Shown piece after piece: positions 16,922 to 26,291 of a DNA stretch of 27,860 nucleotides. The notes beneath the pieces were generated by a model that made no database searches, was not told the DNA's origin, and saw nothing but the letters and a program-made list of their open reading frames with translations. The translations under genes and the position numbers were made by a program. Location of the stretch: the IMG/VR virus record IMGVR_UViG_3300037424_002918, positions 1 through 27,860 of that record. One strand, written 5' to 3'. Positions within the stretch are counted from its first letter, which is position 1; every line of letters begins with the position of its first letter. The DNA is from a virus. Lineage: Duplodnaviria > Caudoviricetes.

Positions 16922-17830
16922 ATGATAACTGTAAAAGAACAAAATTTCGGCGTTGAAATCGAGCTCGTCGGAGCGCCAAGACGCAGCATCGCCGACGCGG
17001 TCGCTGCAGGCTTAGGCGGACGGGTCACCGCCACGCACCGAACAGGATACGACGCCACTATCGTTACCGACCAACAGGGTCGGGAGTGGAGCATCCAGAA
17101 CGACAGTTCCATCCCCGTGGTCAACGGCTACAAGGGCTCTGAAATCGTAACGCCGGTATTGACTTATGACGATATCGATCTGCTGCAGAACGTGATTCGC
17201 ACGGTCAGAGCCACACGCGCTAAAGCCCATAATGATTGCGCTATCCATATTCACGTGGATGCCTCACAGCACGACACTAAATCCCTGTCGATCCTCGCCA
17301 AAATGGTTTACAAGAACGAGGACATGATCTTCGACGCCCTGCAGGTGCATCCTGATCGCCGCCGCAGATATACCCGCCCGATGGATGATGATTTCATTGA
17401 CAAGGTTGCCAAACGCAGACCACGCTCGAAGCAAAAGCTAAACGAGATGTGGTTCGGACAATACAATCCCAATCCTGCTCACTACGAAGGGCATCGTTAT
17501 CACGGACTCAATCTCAACAACCTCTGGCGCTCAATCGGCACCGTCGAACTACGATACTTCAACTCGACACTGCATGCCGGTAAGATCAAGAGCTACATTC
17601 AGCTCTGCCTGGCATTATCAGCCAAGGCTTTGAACGCACGCTCCGCCAGCCACCGGAAAATCTCGACCGACAATCCCAAATTCAACTTCCGTGTCTGGCT
17701 AGTCTCGACCCTCGGCATGAAGGGTGATGAGTTCAAAACCGCACGCTATCACTTGACCAGATACCTGCCCGGCAACAGCGCCTGGCGGTATGGACGACCG
17801 ACAACTTCAAACGGCAGCGCAGCATCATGA
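16922..17830 (+). CDS. Amidoligase family protein (COOH-NH2 ligase, Amidoligase_2-like)
   Basis: FGVEIEL, W.I..DSSI, EIVTPVL, CAIHIHV, RYHGLNL and TVELRYFNSTL motifs. Confidence 0.92.
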   Translation: MITVKEQNFGVEIELVGAPRRSIADAVAAGLGGRVTATHRTGYDATIVTDQQGREWSIQNDSSIPVVNGYKGSEIVTPVLTYDDIDLLQNVIRTVRATRAKAHNDCAIHIHVDASQHDTKSLSILAKMVYKNEDMIFDALQVHPDRRRRYTRPMDDDFIDKVAKRRPRSKQKLNEMWFGQYNPNPAHYEGHRYHGLNLNNLWRSIGTVELRYFNSTLHAGKIKSYIQLCLALSAKALNARSASHRKISTDNPKFNFRVWLVSTLGMKGDEFKTARYHLTRYLPGNSAWRYGRPTTSNGSAAS

Positions 17831-18276
17831 AAAAAGAAACCATCATCTACTTTGCCTATGGCGCTAACCTCAATCGGGAAGGCATGGAAAATCGCTGTCC
17901 GGGCAACAAACCACTCTGCCGTGCTGTCCTCAAGAACTATCGACTCATATTCAAGAGCGTCGCCGATATCGAGGAAGCAACGAATCATAACGTGCATGGC
18001 GCATTATATGAGATTACCAAAGAGCATTTACGATCCCTCGACCGCTTTGAAGGATATCCCAGGCTTTACATCCGCAAAACCGTTCCCGTCATCACTGAAG
18101 ATGGCAGGGAAATCAAAGCCATCATTTACCAGATGAACGATCGCAACCAATACGCATCCCCTTACCGGGGATACCTGAACACCATTCTGTTAGGCTGCCT
18201 TCAATGGCAATTGCCTGAAGAATACATTCAGTACATAGTCACAAGAGCCACCGAACCAGATTTTGGAGAACTGTAA
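17827..18276 (+). CDS. Gamma-glutamylcyclotransferase (AIG2-like)
   Basis: YFAYGANL, VHGALYEI and LDRFEGYP.LY with the catalytic Glu; ATGA overlap with the amidoligase. Confidence 0.92.
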   Translation: MKKETIIYFAYGANLNREGMENRCPGNKPLCRAVLKNYRLIFKSVADIEEATNHNVHGALYEITKEHLRSLDRFEGYPRLYIRKTVPVITEDGREIKAIIYQMNDRNQYASPYRGYLNTILLGCLQWQLPEEYIQYIVTRATEPDFGEL

Positions 18277-18277
18277 A

Positions 18278-18541
18278 ATGAACACTCAAGAAGCAACCAA
18301 ACATGAAATCGTCAATGACGACACCGTCTTCGTTGGCACCGCAGTCGAGATCGTCCTCGATATGCGTGAGCAGGCATATTTTGAACGAGGCACGCCTGCC
18401 GAGTTTTATCTCGACCAGTTAGTGAACTTCATCAAGATGTTCGCTAATGAAACAATCACACTCTCCGGTAAAACTTTCGAAGAGAAAGCAGAGAGTTTTA
18501 TCCAGGAACTGCTGCGGATAGAGTATTTCAAAGAAGCATAA
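18278..18541 (+). CDS. Small acidic hypothetical protein, third gene of the amidoligase operon
   Basis: ATG 18278 with GGAG SD, 1 nt after the GGCT stop; 87 aa. Confidence 0.7.
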   Translation: MNTQEATKHEIVNDDTVFVGTAVEIVLDMREQAYFERGTPAEFYLDQLVNFIKMFANETITLSGKTFEEKAESFIQELLRIEYFKEA

Positions 18542-18548
18542 GCTGGTT

Positions 18549-18611
18549 TAAACACAGAGGGCACAGAGATCACAGAGAAGAAATCTGTGTCCTCTGTGTG
18601 CTCTGTGTTTA
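18549..18611. terminator. Long hairpin between convergent genes, built from CACAGAG units
   Basis: TAAACACAGAG..CACAGAG..CACAGA / TCTGTG..CTCTGTG..CTCTGTGTTTA, between stops at 18541 (+) and 18613 (-). Confidence 0.75.
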
Positions 18612-18612
18612 G

Positions 18613-19263
18613 CTATCCAGTATCCTCACCAGGTGCCTCGTCGGGATAATCTTCACCCATCGCGTCCGACTTGCCCTGTTCATACTGGCGATTCAGATAG
18701 TCATCGTCGGGATTACCGAGAGATTCATTAAGTTTCTCATTCCCGGCAATGGCTTCTTCGCCTTTCGCCTCCGCATCCTCACTCGCCATCTGTTCTTGAG
18801 CCTGTGCCTGCAACTGGTTCTCTACCGATTCAAACTCTGTCAATTGCAAAGTACAGGAGATGTAATCGAGGTCATTGTCATGGACTTCCAGTTCCTTGAT
18901 CAGTACTTGCCTGATGCCACAGGCATCGGTCAGAGTCGAGACTATCTCCTGCGGCTCCTGCAGCGCTTCGCGTGATGGTCGAAACATACCTTGAACCTGT
19001 TCGAACCGTTCCCGTGCAGTTTCAACAACCTTACCGCCTTCCTCTTTGTCGCAAATCTCAAGGTCAATCGTTATTAAAGCGTCCTGGTAACCGATCGGTT
19101 GCTTGATCTTACCGCTGCGACCCTTGATCTCGATCTCGTCGATCTTCAGCGCCTGCTTGATGCGCATGTGACGCGGTGGCACCGGCAGAGTGACAATCCC
19201 AATCAGGCACTCGATCTGTTCCTCATTGGTCAGTTGTTCAGTCTGGACGATCTCATCAGGCAT
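18613..19263 (-). CDS. Tail protein following the tape measure (tube-initiator position)
   Basis: ATG 19263 overlaps the end of the tape measure gene; IEIKGRSGKIKQPIGY motif; acidic C-terminus. Confidence 0.7.
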   Translation of the reverse strand: MPDEIVQTEQLTNEEQIECLIGIVTLPVPPRHMRIKQALKIDEIEIKGRSGKIKQPIGYQDALITIDLEICDKEEGGKVVETARERFEQVQGMFRPSREALQEPQEIVSTLTDACGIRQVLIKELEVHDNDLDYISCTLQLTEFESVENQLQAQAQEQMASEDAEAKGEEAIAGNEKLNESLGNPDDDYLNRQYEQGKSDAMGEDYPDEAPGEDTG

Positions 19264-22108
19264 TAACAACTACCCCTTCGATTCCCTCACTCTGAGCCGC
19301 CAACTCATCGAACACTTCCAGTAACTGATCCTTGATAGATCTGGTATTCTGACCCGAAGCATTTATTTCAAAGCGCAAGTCCCTGATGCTGCGGTCGACG
19401 CTAACGGTCTGACTTCTGGAATTAGTAATGGCATTGGAAACGATGCTGCCTCCTGCCGGAGGCGCGAACACATCTTCGTTTGAGAATGCTGCGGAAATGC
19501 TTTTTGGGGTGAGCTGTCCACTTAGATCATCTGCAGTCTTGATTGTGGGAATCAGCGGAATCTCGATCCCGACCAATCCAGCAATGTTTTGGATGCCTCC
19601 CAACAAACCATTGAGCTTGATAATAATCCAGTTGGCGGTGGAGATAAGTGCGGTCTTTATATTGCTCCAAACACTCGTGAAGAAACCTGCAATCGCACTC
19701 CCGACACCCTCGAACACACTCTGCAACACCTTCCAACCTTTGCGGAGGATCACCACAATCCATTCCCAGCCAGCCTTGATTCCTGTCCATACCCAATCGA
19801 CAACAGCTTTCATACCAGCCCACACTGTGTCCCAGTTCTTGTAGAGCAGGACAATCCCAGCGATCAACAGACCAACGGCAGTAATAATCAGTCCGATCGG
19901 ATTGGCATTCATGGCGATATTCAATGCCCATTGCGCGGCTGTGACAACGCCAGTCGCAATCGATTGTGCGATCATAGCCGCCTTGGCAACTAACATCTTC
20001 ACGCCGAACATTGCAGCTTTTGCTGCGGCTTTTACAAAGTTGAATGCCAGGATTCCCAATTGCTTGACGACCATACCGATGCCTTGCGCGAACTTGACTG
20101 TCCAGGATGCTATCGATCTGACCATGTTAGCAGAAAATGACCAGGCAGCTTTCATACCGCGTGTAAACGAGCTGATCATCGAGGTAATGGAGGATCTGAC
20201 ACTTGTTGCTGCTGCAGAAAAGGCTCCCTTGATTTTTGCCGGCAGGTTTGCCGGATCGAAGGCTGCCATCTTCAGGGACAGATATTTCAACTCAGCGCCC
20301 GCCACCCGCAGGTAATAGGGCAGAGTGCGTATGGCATTAGTCAGTCCTCCGGTCGCCTTGACATATTTCAGCATTCCAAGCGCACCGCCGCCGAAGACGA
20401 CAGCCAGACCAGCTCCCAGAACTTTATGCGCTTTCAGCCAACCGAACAGCCTTGAAAACACTCCTATTGAAAAGCCGATGGCGTAGGCTGTCAGCCCGGC
20501 AAACGCGAGCAGAGGCGCACGTGCTCCAATGAACTTCGCGTTCCAGGCTGTGTACCATCCGGATAAGCTTTTTATCCAATCCCCGAACGCGGACACGATC
20601 ACATTCTTGACACTGATGATCGTATTCTTAAGCGAGGTGAAGACCGGCGTCAATGCCGACCAGACAGCCTTGGCGGTATCTCTGAGTCCCATAAAGTTTG
20701 ACTTCCATGCCAGATAGAGCAGACCCACAGCTGCCACGATCGGCAGGATCGGAGCCATGGTTGCCCACAACGCGCCTGCCAGTCCTCCCAGTGCAGTCGT
20801 GAATGTCAGACTTGAAGCTGTTCCGATCCTCAGTGAAGCAGCGAGACCGATGATTCCCGCCATTGAAAGCTGAAGCAATCCCCCGGCTAGCGCCAGACCG
20901 CCGACCATCATCAGTAGCGCTCCACCGATCAGCGCCACACCCATACCAAGCTTCAACAATAGAGGATGCAAAGCTGCCCATTCCTGAAACGCGAGAGCCG
21001 CTTTAGAAACGGCATTCACTATCGGGATTACCACGGGCAAAATAGCCTTGCCCAACACCTCGAAGGTATTGTGTACGCGCTGTTTCAGAAGTCCGAATAC
21101 CGCACCAAGGTCAATGTTCATGGCGGTTGCCATCTCAAGTGTCGTCGCCGTTCCACCACGCATCGCGCTGCCCAGATCGGAGATGTTACCCTTCAGGGCA
21201 TCGATCTTCGGCATGAGCAGATCAACCACGGTCAGAGCCTCTATCCGTCCGAAAGCCTTCATCATACCCATCTTTTCGACCGCATCAACCGTCTCACCGT
21301 ACTTGCCGCGTATCAGTTCCAGAATATTCGGTATTGGTAATAAGTTGTTATTCGCGTCCACGAAACTGATCCCCATCTCATCACCGGCTTTGGCAGCTGA
21401 TTTAATAAAAGCACGGTATCTGGTTCCCGCTTCAGCTCCGGACATGGTCGCCTGCAGCATACCGAGTACCGAAAGTTGCTCCTCCAATGGGATCAGAGCA
21501 GATGTTGCCATTGCGCCCAAATTCTCAATTGAGGCTGCCATCTGCGGACCTGTGGTTTTGAAGGCTCTTACCGCTGCAGATATCCCCCCGGAAAACAACT
21601 CGCCGAATTCAAAGTCGGAAAGATCACCGTAAAAATCCTTGAAAATTCCATAGCCGGTGGCGAAGAGCGAGGTCATTTCAGATACACTCGCCTTAGTCGC
21701 CTTGGCAGTCAGCGCTGCAATCTTGGTGAATTCACCCACAGCAGTGTCGGAGAGGGAAGCGATGCCGGACTTGATGTCATAAGCAGCCGCAATGAAATCT
21801 GACTTGGTTATTCCAGCGAATTGATTCGAGAACTCTTTGGCTGCCCGTTCGAGAGACTTCAGATCCTTGAAACCAAGCGACGCCATCTCGCCCAAGGCTT
21901 TGGTCGTGGCATTGGTGGAGGCAACTGTCAGTCCGGCAAAGCCAAGCATGGCTGTTCCGATGCCCAGCATCCAGCCACCAACCTTCATCAGGTTCTTGGC
22001 AGATGCCTTGAAGCGATCCATCTGCGAGACCGCGTCTGACATCGTCCCTTTCAAGTTTGATGAGCCGATGATGCGGATGTTGATCCCTTGGGTAAATCCC
22101 TGAAGCAT
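19256..22108 (-). CDS. Tail tape measure protein (TP901-like core)
   Basis: About 950 aa, Ala/Gly-rich; GAEAGT, ANPIGLII..LYKNWD and Trp-periodic repeats; ATG 22108 is 2 nt after the GT stop. Confidence 0.95.
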   Translation of the reverse strand: MLQGFTQGINIRIIGSSNLKGTMSDAVSQMDRFKASAKNLMKVGGWMLGIGTAMLGFAGLTVASTNATTKALGEMASLGFKDLKSLERAAKEFSNQFAGITKSDFIAAAYDIKSGIASLSDTAVGEFTKIAALTAKATKASVSEMTSLFATGYGIFKDFYGDLSDFEFGELFSGGISAAVRAFKTTGPQMAASIENLGAMATSALIPLEEQLSVLGMLQATMSGAEAGTRYRAFIKSAAKAGDEMGISFVDANNNLLPIPNILELIRGKYGETVDAVEKMGMMKAFGRIEALTVVDLLMPKIDALKGNISDLGSAMRGGTATTLEMATAMNIDLGAVFGLLKQRVHNTFEVLGKAILPVVIPIVNAVSKAALAFQEWAALHPLLLKLGMGVALIGGALLMMVGGLALAGGLLQLSMAGIIGLAASLRIGTASSLTFTTALGGLAGALWATMAPILPIVAAVGLLYLAWKSNFMGLRDTAKAVWSALTPVFTSLKNTIISVKNVIVSAFGDWIKSLSGWYTAWNAKFIGARAPLLAFAGLTAYAIGFSIGVFSRLFGWLKAHKVLGAGLAVVFGGGALGMLKYVKATGGLTNAIRTLPYYLRVAGAELKYLSLKMAAFDPANLPAKIKGAFSAAATSVRSSITSMISSFTRGMKAAWSFSANMVRSIASWTVKFAQGIGMVVKQLGILAFNFVKAAAKAAMFGVKMLVAKAAMIAQSIATGVVTAAQWALNIAMNANPIGLIITAVGLLIAGIVLLYKNWDTVWAGMKAVVDWVWTGIKAGWEWIVVILRKGWKVLQSVFEGVGSAIAGFFTSVWSNIKTALISTANWIIIKLNGLLGGIQNIAGLVGIEIPLIPTIKTADDLSGQLTPKSISAAFSNEDVFAPPAGGSIVSNAITNSRSQTVSVDRSIRDLRFEINASGQNTRSIKDQLLEVFDELAAQSEGIEGVVVNA

Positions 22109-22110
22109 GC

Positions 22111-22320
22111 TCACCAATGTTTCCTCAAGGCTTTATCAACCAATCGTTTCTCCTCCTCAGCCATCCACTCCGCTGAAGTGTAGATCTCTATCACCTTCTG
22201 TAATGACATCTGGTCGATCATTTCAAATGTGTATGCTGGAAAGGTCTTACAGATCACAGCGCGCATCTGCTTGAACCAATGCTTGGAAATTTCACGCTTG
22301 ACCTCGCCTACAACTTTTTT
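22111..22320 (-). CDS. Tail assembly chaperone GT extension (-1 frameshift product; not in the ORF track)
   Basis: After A AAA AAG (22320-22314) the -1 frame reads KVVGEVKREISKHWFKQMRAVICKTFPAYTFEMIDQMSLQKVIEIYTSAEWMAEEEKRLVDKALRKHW to TGA at 22113-22111. Confidence 0.85.
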   Translation of the reverse strand, partial: KKVVGEVKREISKHWFKQMRAVICKTFPAYTFEMIDQMSLQKVIEIYTSAEWMAEEEKRLVDKALRKHW

Positions 22321-22643
22321 ACTGCGAAGGACTTGTTATAACCGAGCACTTCCTGAATCTGCTCAGCCAAAGCCACTATCCTTCCAGGCTGCCAGTTACA
22401 GGAACTGTTGTACTCGATATCTGCCGCGTCGATTTCCGGCCAGACCACGTAAGCCTTGACCATGTTCAACGGAACACGATTCTCTTTACCCGGCTGGACA
22501 TTGCCGATGCGGGCGAACTCGTCCCAGTTGGAACCGCGAATGATGAAGGTATCGCCGCTAACACTATCCGTTATCTGAAAGAGCGGAAATCCCTTGTACT
22601 TCTCCTTCAGTTCTGTGATAATTTTATCTGTGATGTTTTCCAT
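22308..22643 (-). CDS. Tail assembly chaperone G
   Basis: Between tube and tape measure; ends VKKL over the slippery heptamer; GGAG SD. Confidence 0.85.
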   Translation of the reverse strand: MENITDKIITELKEKYKGFPLFQITDSVSGDTFIIRGSNWDEFARIGNVQPGKENRVPLNMVKAYVVWPEIDAADIEYNSSCNWQPGRIVALAEQIQEVLGYNKSFAVKKL

Positions 22644-22667
22644 TATGTCTCCAGTGTTTTAGTTTAT

Positions 22668-22711
22668 AAGTTGGCAAGGTTGAGGTGAGTAACTTGATAA
22701 CTTGTCAACTT
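22668..22711. repeat. Intergenic imperfect hairpin
   Basis: AAGTTGGCAAG / CTTGTCAACTT arms (10/11 complementary) with iterated AACTTG units, between the tube and chaperone genes. Confidence 0.5.
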
Positions 22712-22728
22712 TCTTACTTGCTCACTTC

Positions 22729-23199
22729 TTAAAATATTCCAGTTGCTCTGGTCGCAAAGCCGCTACACTTAATCCCGATCGGTTCGGCATCCTCGCTGTC
22801 GGAGAATCCTCCCTCCTGATCGGTGATTTCTACTCCAGTGAAGGTCTTGGAACGCACCGCTGCCGCGCCCGGATACATGATGATAATCACCGCGTTGCGG
22901 ATATCGGTAAAATCCTCGAATGTCGACAGGAATACCGCATTCTTGGCGGTCTGTACCACATTGATGGCTGAGTTGATCAGTATCTCCTTGATCTCGAAGT
23001 CGATCTCGTAGATCTTGTGAGCGCTGCGTGTCACACCATGCGCCGTTTTGAACCCAGCCCCGAACAACGGTTTCTTGCCTTTCTTGATCTTCCAGTTAAA
23101 ATTCTGTAGAGCCAGCACCGGCACACCGTCCAGAAACATCTTTATCGAGTTGCCGGAGATGCCATCTGCAAAACCCAGGTCTTCGATTAAATCAGGCAT
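22729..23199 (-). CDS. Tail tube protein
   Basis: 156 aa directly downstream of the sheath; beta-rich; GGAGGTG SD. Confidence 0.8.
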   Translation of the reverse strand: MPDLIEDLGFADGISGNSIKMFLDGVPVLALQNFNWKIKKGKKPLFGAGFKTAHGVTRSAHKIYEIDFEIKEILINSAINVVQTAKNAVFLSTFEDFTDIRNAVIIIMYPGAAAVRSKTFTGVEITDQEGGFSDSEDAEPIGIKCSGFATRATGIF

Positions 23200-23209
23200 A
23201 CATCACCTC

Positions 23210-24604
23210 CTAATCCAGATAAACTTTAGTCAAGATGATCTCGAACGCCTTCATCGAATTCACTGACAGCGTCACCTGCGCTTCACCCAACGTCCGCATC
23301 TCATCAGTCGAGGTCACCGACAATTCATAGCTGTCGATCTCACCCTTTTGCCTCATCAATTCCAATGGTTGCTTGATATCCTCTTCGAGTAGTTTCAATC
23401 CCTCGCCGCCTTCGTCGTTTGGTCGTCCCAGATGTGGGAAGGCTGCGATACGCGCCTGCTTCCCGGCGCTGTAAACTGCCCGTAGTTTTTCAATCCGGTT
23501 GTAGGTTTCACCGGTTGGAGGAGCGTTGTTAGACAGGGCGATGATCTTGCCGATGCCCGACTGGGTGCGCAGGTAATTGATATTCGCTTGAATCAATTGC
23601 ACCTGTTGACCGCGTGAAAACTCCGGCAAGAGCGAGATGATGTTCACCGGCGATTCACCCAGCAGACTCTTCTGCAACGACACCGATGCCATTTTCCCGC
23701 TGCAAGAAGAACCCACTCGGTTTAAATAACCATCCCCATTCTGATCCAGGAACTTCGCTTCACCGATAAAGAACACCGCGTTGCGATTGGCAAAGTCTTC
23801 TTTCAATGTTATGCAGTTGTCGACGTAATCCTGGACTTCCTGTGGTGTCACCTGATCCGGATCATTTGGTTCAAAACGGGGCAGATCAAGCAGGGCGAAG
23901 CGTTCACCGAGGATGTTCTCGATCATGTTCTGGCAGCTGGTCACAATCGCTGTCCACAGATCTGGGGAATCAGCGCCGATAAAGTGTACCCACGAGACGT
24001 CCGAAAAATGCTCTGAGAATTCAATGGCATCGATGTAATCCCCATTGGTCAAAACCGAACCATCTGTCCCACCGCTGAGACTCTGAGCCTCAACCGCATC
24101 GGGCAGATCATCGGCAAGTTTCGATGCTACAACCAGGCCTTGACCGTTATTGATCGCTTCCACGAGCGCATCATTGGAGTCTCCGGTGAAGGCATCGGTC
24201 TCCTCGGTATCCGGATTGGTGATCTCGATCGTTCTCGAATCGCCGTCCACCGTTACATCGATTTCAATCCCATCCCACAACGAACACGGTTCGACCGCTT
24301 CAATCCGGATTACATCGGTCTCACCGGATTTTAGCATCAAGGCTGCTTTCTGAGCATCTCCAATGCGCACCGCATAGATCATGGAACTGCCTGCATCAAG
24401 ACGTTCTTCCAACGCCTTGAGCAATTCACCACCGCGAAAGATCTGTCGGGCGGTGTCCTTGTCCGAAATGGTATAACGGGTCAGCAGTTGACCACCCTCA
24501 GCCGCGCCAGCAATAAATTCGATGTTGGATGCGGGTGGCGTCACTATCACCGATCCGGACAGGTATTCGGTGTAAACGTCCTTGATAATTTTGGTCGCCA
24601 TCAT
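23210..24604 (-). CDS. Contractile tail sheath protein
   Basis: GAAEGG, IFRGGELL.A, IYAVRIG, LSGGTDG and QLIQANIN motifs; 464 aa. Confidence 0.92.
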   Translation of the reverse strand: MMATKIIKDVYTEYLSGSVIVTPPASNIEFIAGAAEGGQLLTRYTISDKDTARQIFRGGELLKALEERLDAGSSMIYAVRIGDAQKAALMLKSGETDVIRIEAVEPCSLWDGIEIDVTVDGDSRTIEITNPDTEETDAFTGDSNDALVEAINNGQGLVVASKLADDLPDAVEAQSLSGGTDGSVLTNGDYIDAIEFSEHFSDVSWVHFIGADSPDLWTAIVTSCQNMIENILGERFALLDLPRFEPNDPDQVTPQEVQDYVDNCITLKEDFANRNAVFFIGEAKFLDQNGDGYLNRVGSSCSGKMASVSLQKSLLGESPVNIISLLPEFSRGQQVQLIQANINYLRTQSGIGKIIALSNNAPPTGETYNRIEKLRAVYSAGKQARIAAFPHLGRPNDEGGEGLKLLEEDIKQPLELMRQKGEIDSYELSVTSTDEMRTLGEAQVTLSVNSMKAFEIILTKVYLD

Positions 24605-24792
24605 TTACCTCCGACTGGCTGTCTGCGCCACGCTTCAACCATTTCTCTGAATTTATCCGGTTCGATGCGATCGGTGCTTTTCAACTTATGCTTCACCATC
24701 ACCGCAGCTGCCAGATGTGGTGATATCTTCAACTGTCTGATGACTGTGGAAATCCGCATTTTGTTGTTACTGTCATCCTTTTTGCGAGGCAT
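24601..24792 (-). CDS. Small hypothetical protein upstream of the sheath
   Basis: 63 aa, GGAGGTG SD, ATGA coupling to the sheath. Confidence 0.75.
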   Translation of the reverse strand: MPRKKDDSNNKMRISTVIRQLKISPHLAAAVMVKHKLKSTDRIEPDKFREMVEAWRRQPVGGK

Positions 24793-24800
24793 GACACCTC

Positions 24801-25337
24801 CTAAATTTCTATTTTGACACGATCCATCCTGTTCTCAACCGCCCTCGTTTTGAAGCGATGTTCGACAAACAGGTATGAAAGCGTCTGCTGATAAACGAAT
24901 GGCATTCCCTTCTCGATCGGGGCAAGATCTGAATGTCCTTGAAAAACTGCCTGCTCTATATGCAGACTTTCACTTGATTCAGGATCGAACAGATCGACCG
25001 AACCTTCACGACACAGATCGGATAACAGAGTGTCAATCTGATCGGAAACTTCAGTTACAATTACATTACCGTTCTTTTCGGAACTGTTCACAGCTCGAAT
25101 TGTGAAACGCAGAACTTGGTGATGTTTGGTCACTTTTATCTGTGATGCGCTGTCTTCTGTCGTTTCTGTCTTATCCCAGAGTCCCGTTCCGAGGTTCCGT
25201 TTGCGTGTCGATATCAGGTCGATCAGGAAATAGGGATAGGGATTGCCGGCTGCGACAAAGGCGATCTCGTCCTTGAAGGCATGTAATCCAGAAACATTAT
25301 CTGTCAGATACTTCGAAATAGCGCGCTGCAATTTCAT
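24801..25337 (-). CDS. Tail terminator/completion-like protein
   Basis: Position between the gp10-like gene and the sheath; PYPY motif; ATGA coupling. Confidence 0.65.
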   Translation of the reverse strand: MKLQRAISKYLTDNVSGLHAFKDEIAFVAAGNPYPYFLIDLISTRKRNLGTGLWDKTETTEDSASQIKVTKHHQVLRFTIRAVNSSEKNGNVIVTEVSDQIDTLLSDLCREGSVDLFDPESSESLHIEQAVFQGHSDLAPIEKGMPFVYQQTLSYLFVEHRFKTRAVENRMDRVKIEI

Positions 25338-25810
25338 AATCCCACCCTTGCCATCGCCTCTTCTGCTTCACGGCGGATGATACTTGGCGCGATCTGTTTA
25401 CCTTCCTGATATGCGGGTTCCATAAACGGTTTTGGCTTTGGATGGACGTAGAAGTATTTCATCTTCTTGTCCAGATCGATTCCATGCCGTCCGAGCCAGT
25501 TTCTGAATCCATGAATTTTATCAATGGTGAGCCAGTGTCCTTTGGTGCCAAACTCCACTGCAGCTGCATATTCGACATTGGTGCCGACAACGATCTCATT
25601 TTTCGAAATCCGGTGGATATTGATCGAATTCCACAACTGCCCCAGGTCAATCGCGCCATGACTTTTAAGTTTTTCAACTGCCGTGCGCTGAATCTCGGTT
25701 GCTATGATTAAAACTCCCTCGTAAACCGCCTGCGTCAATTCACCCGGATAGCGTTTGAGAAAACTCTTCACACCCTCAATCGCCTTCATGTCTACGTCGA
25801 CCTTAATCAC
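25334..25810 (-). CDS. HK97 gp10 family tail-completion protein
   Basis: DLGQLWNSI, VGTNVEYAAAVEFGT and PKPFMEPA motifs. Confidence 0.9.
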   Translation of the reverse strand: MIKVDVDMKAIEGVKSFLKRYPGELTQAVYEGVLIIATEIQRTAVEKLKSHGAIDLGQLWNSINIHRISKNEIVVGTNVEYAAAVEFGTKGHWLTIDKIHGFRNWLGRHGIDLDKKMKYFYVHPKPKPFMEPAYQEGKQIAPSIIRREAEEAMARVGL

Positions 25811-26172
25811 GACTGGTACTCCCGTTCGAGTTTAACAATCAAATGCGAAACGGCTCCGAAGCAGTTCACCGGTTTGACATCTGAAACGCAGTACCGTACT
25901 TCATTGAAAATCAGTATATCTCCCTCGGCAACATCGGCATCCGGCAACATCGAACACAGACCATCAGCGCCGATCTGTTTCAGCTCATCCGGTGAGAGCT
26001 GCCGAAATTCGATAGGCGCTGTTCCCACAGATTCCTCGTTCGGCGTGTGAGATCCAGCAAATTCACCTGCGCCAGCAACTGCCGGGCGTAGTATCTCTGC
26101 AGTTTCACCCGAAGCACGAATCAGTTCTGCCGTATCGAGCGTAATCATCTGTTTTTCATGACTTTCTAACAA
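25807..26172 (-). CDS. Head closure / head-tail joining protein
   Basis: DVAEGDILIFNEVRYCV pattern and gene position; TTG start is uncertain. Confidence 0.65.
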   Translation of the reverse strand: MLESHEKQMITLDTAELIRASGETAEILRPAVAGAGEFAGSHTPNEESVGTAPIEFRQLSPDELKQIGADGLCSMLPDADVAEGDILIFNEVRYCVSDVKPVNCFGAVSHLIVKLEREYQS

Positions 26173-26291
26173 TATTCGGTAATCTCAACATATCGCCCAC
26201 GTGCTCTGGTAACTGTCGGTCGACCAACCACTCCAGATCGCCTCAGGTTTACCCACACGATCGAACCGGTGCGTCCGAATTCGAGTGTTTT

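Noticed and set aside
19428-22103. Several plus-strand ORFs opposite the tape measure gene
   Set aside because: Shadow frames of an Ala/Gly-rich gene with no motifs.
13695-24604. Extracellular contractile injection system or T6SS
   Set aside because: Capsid, head-tail joining genes and a long tape measure indicate a prophage; no AAA+ ATPase or membrane complex genes are present.
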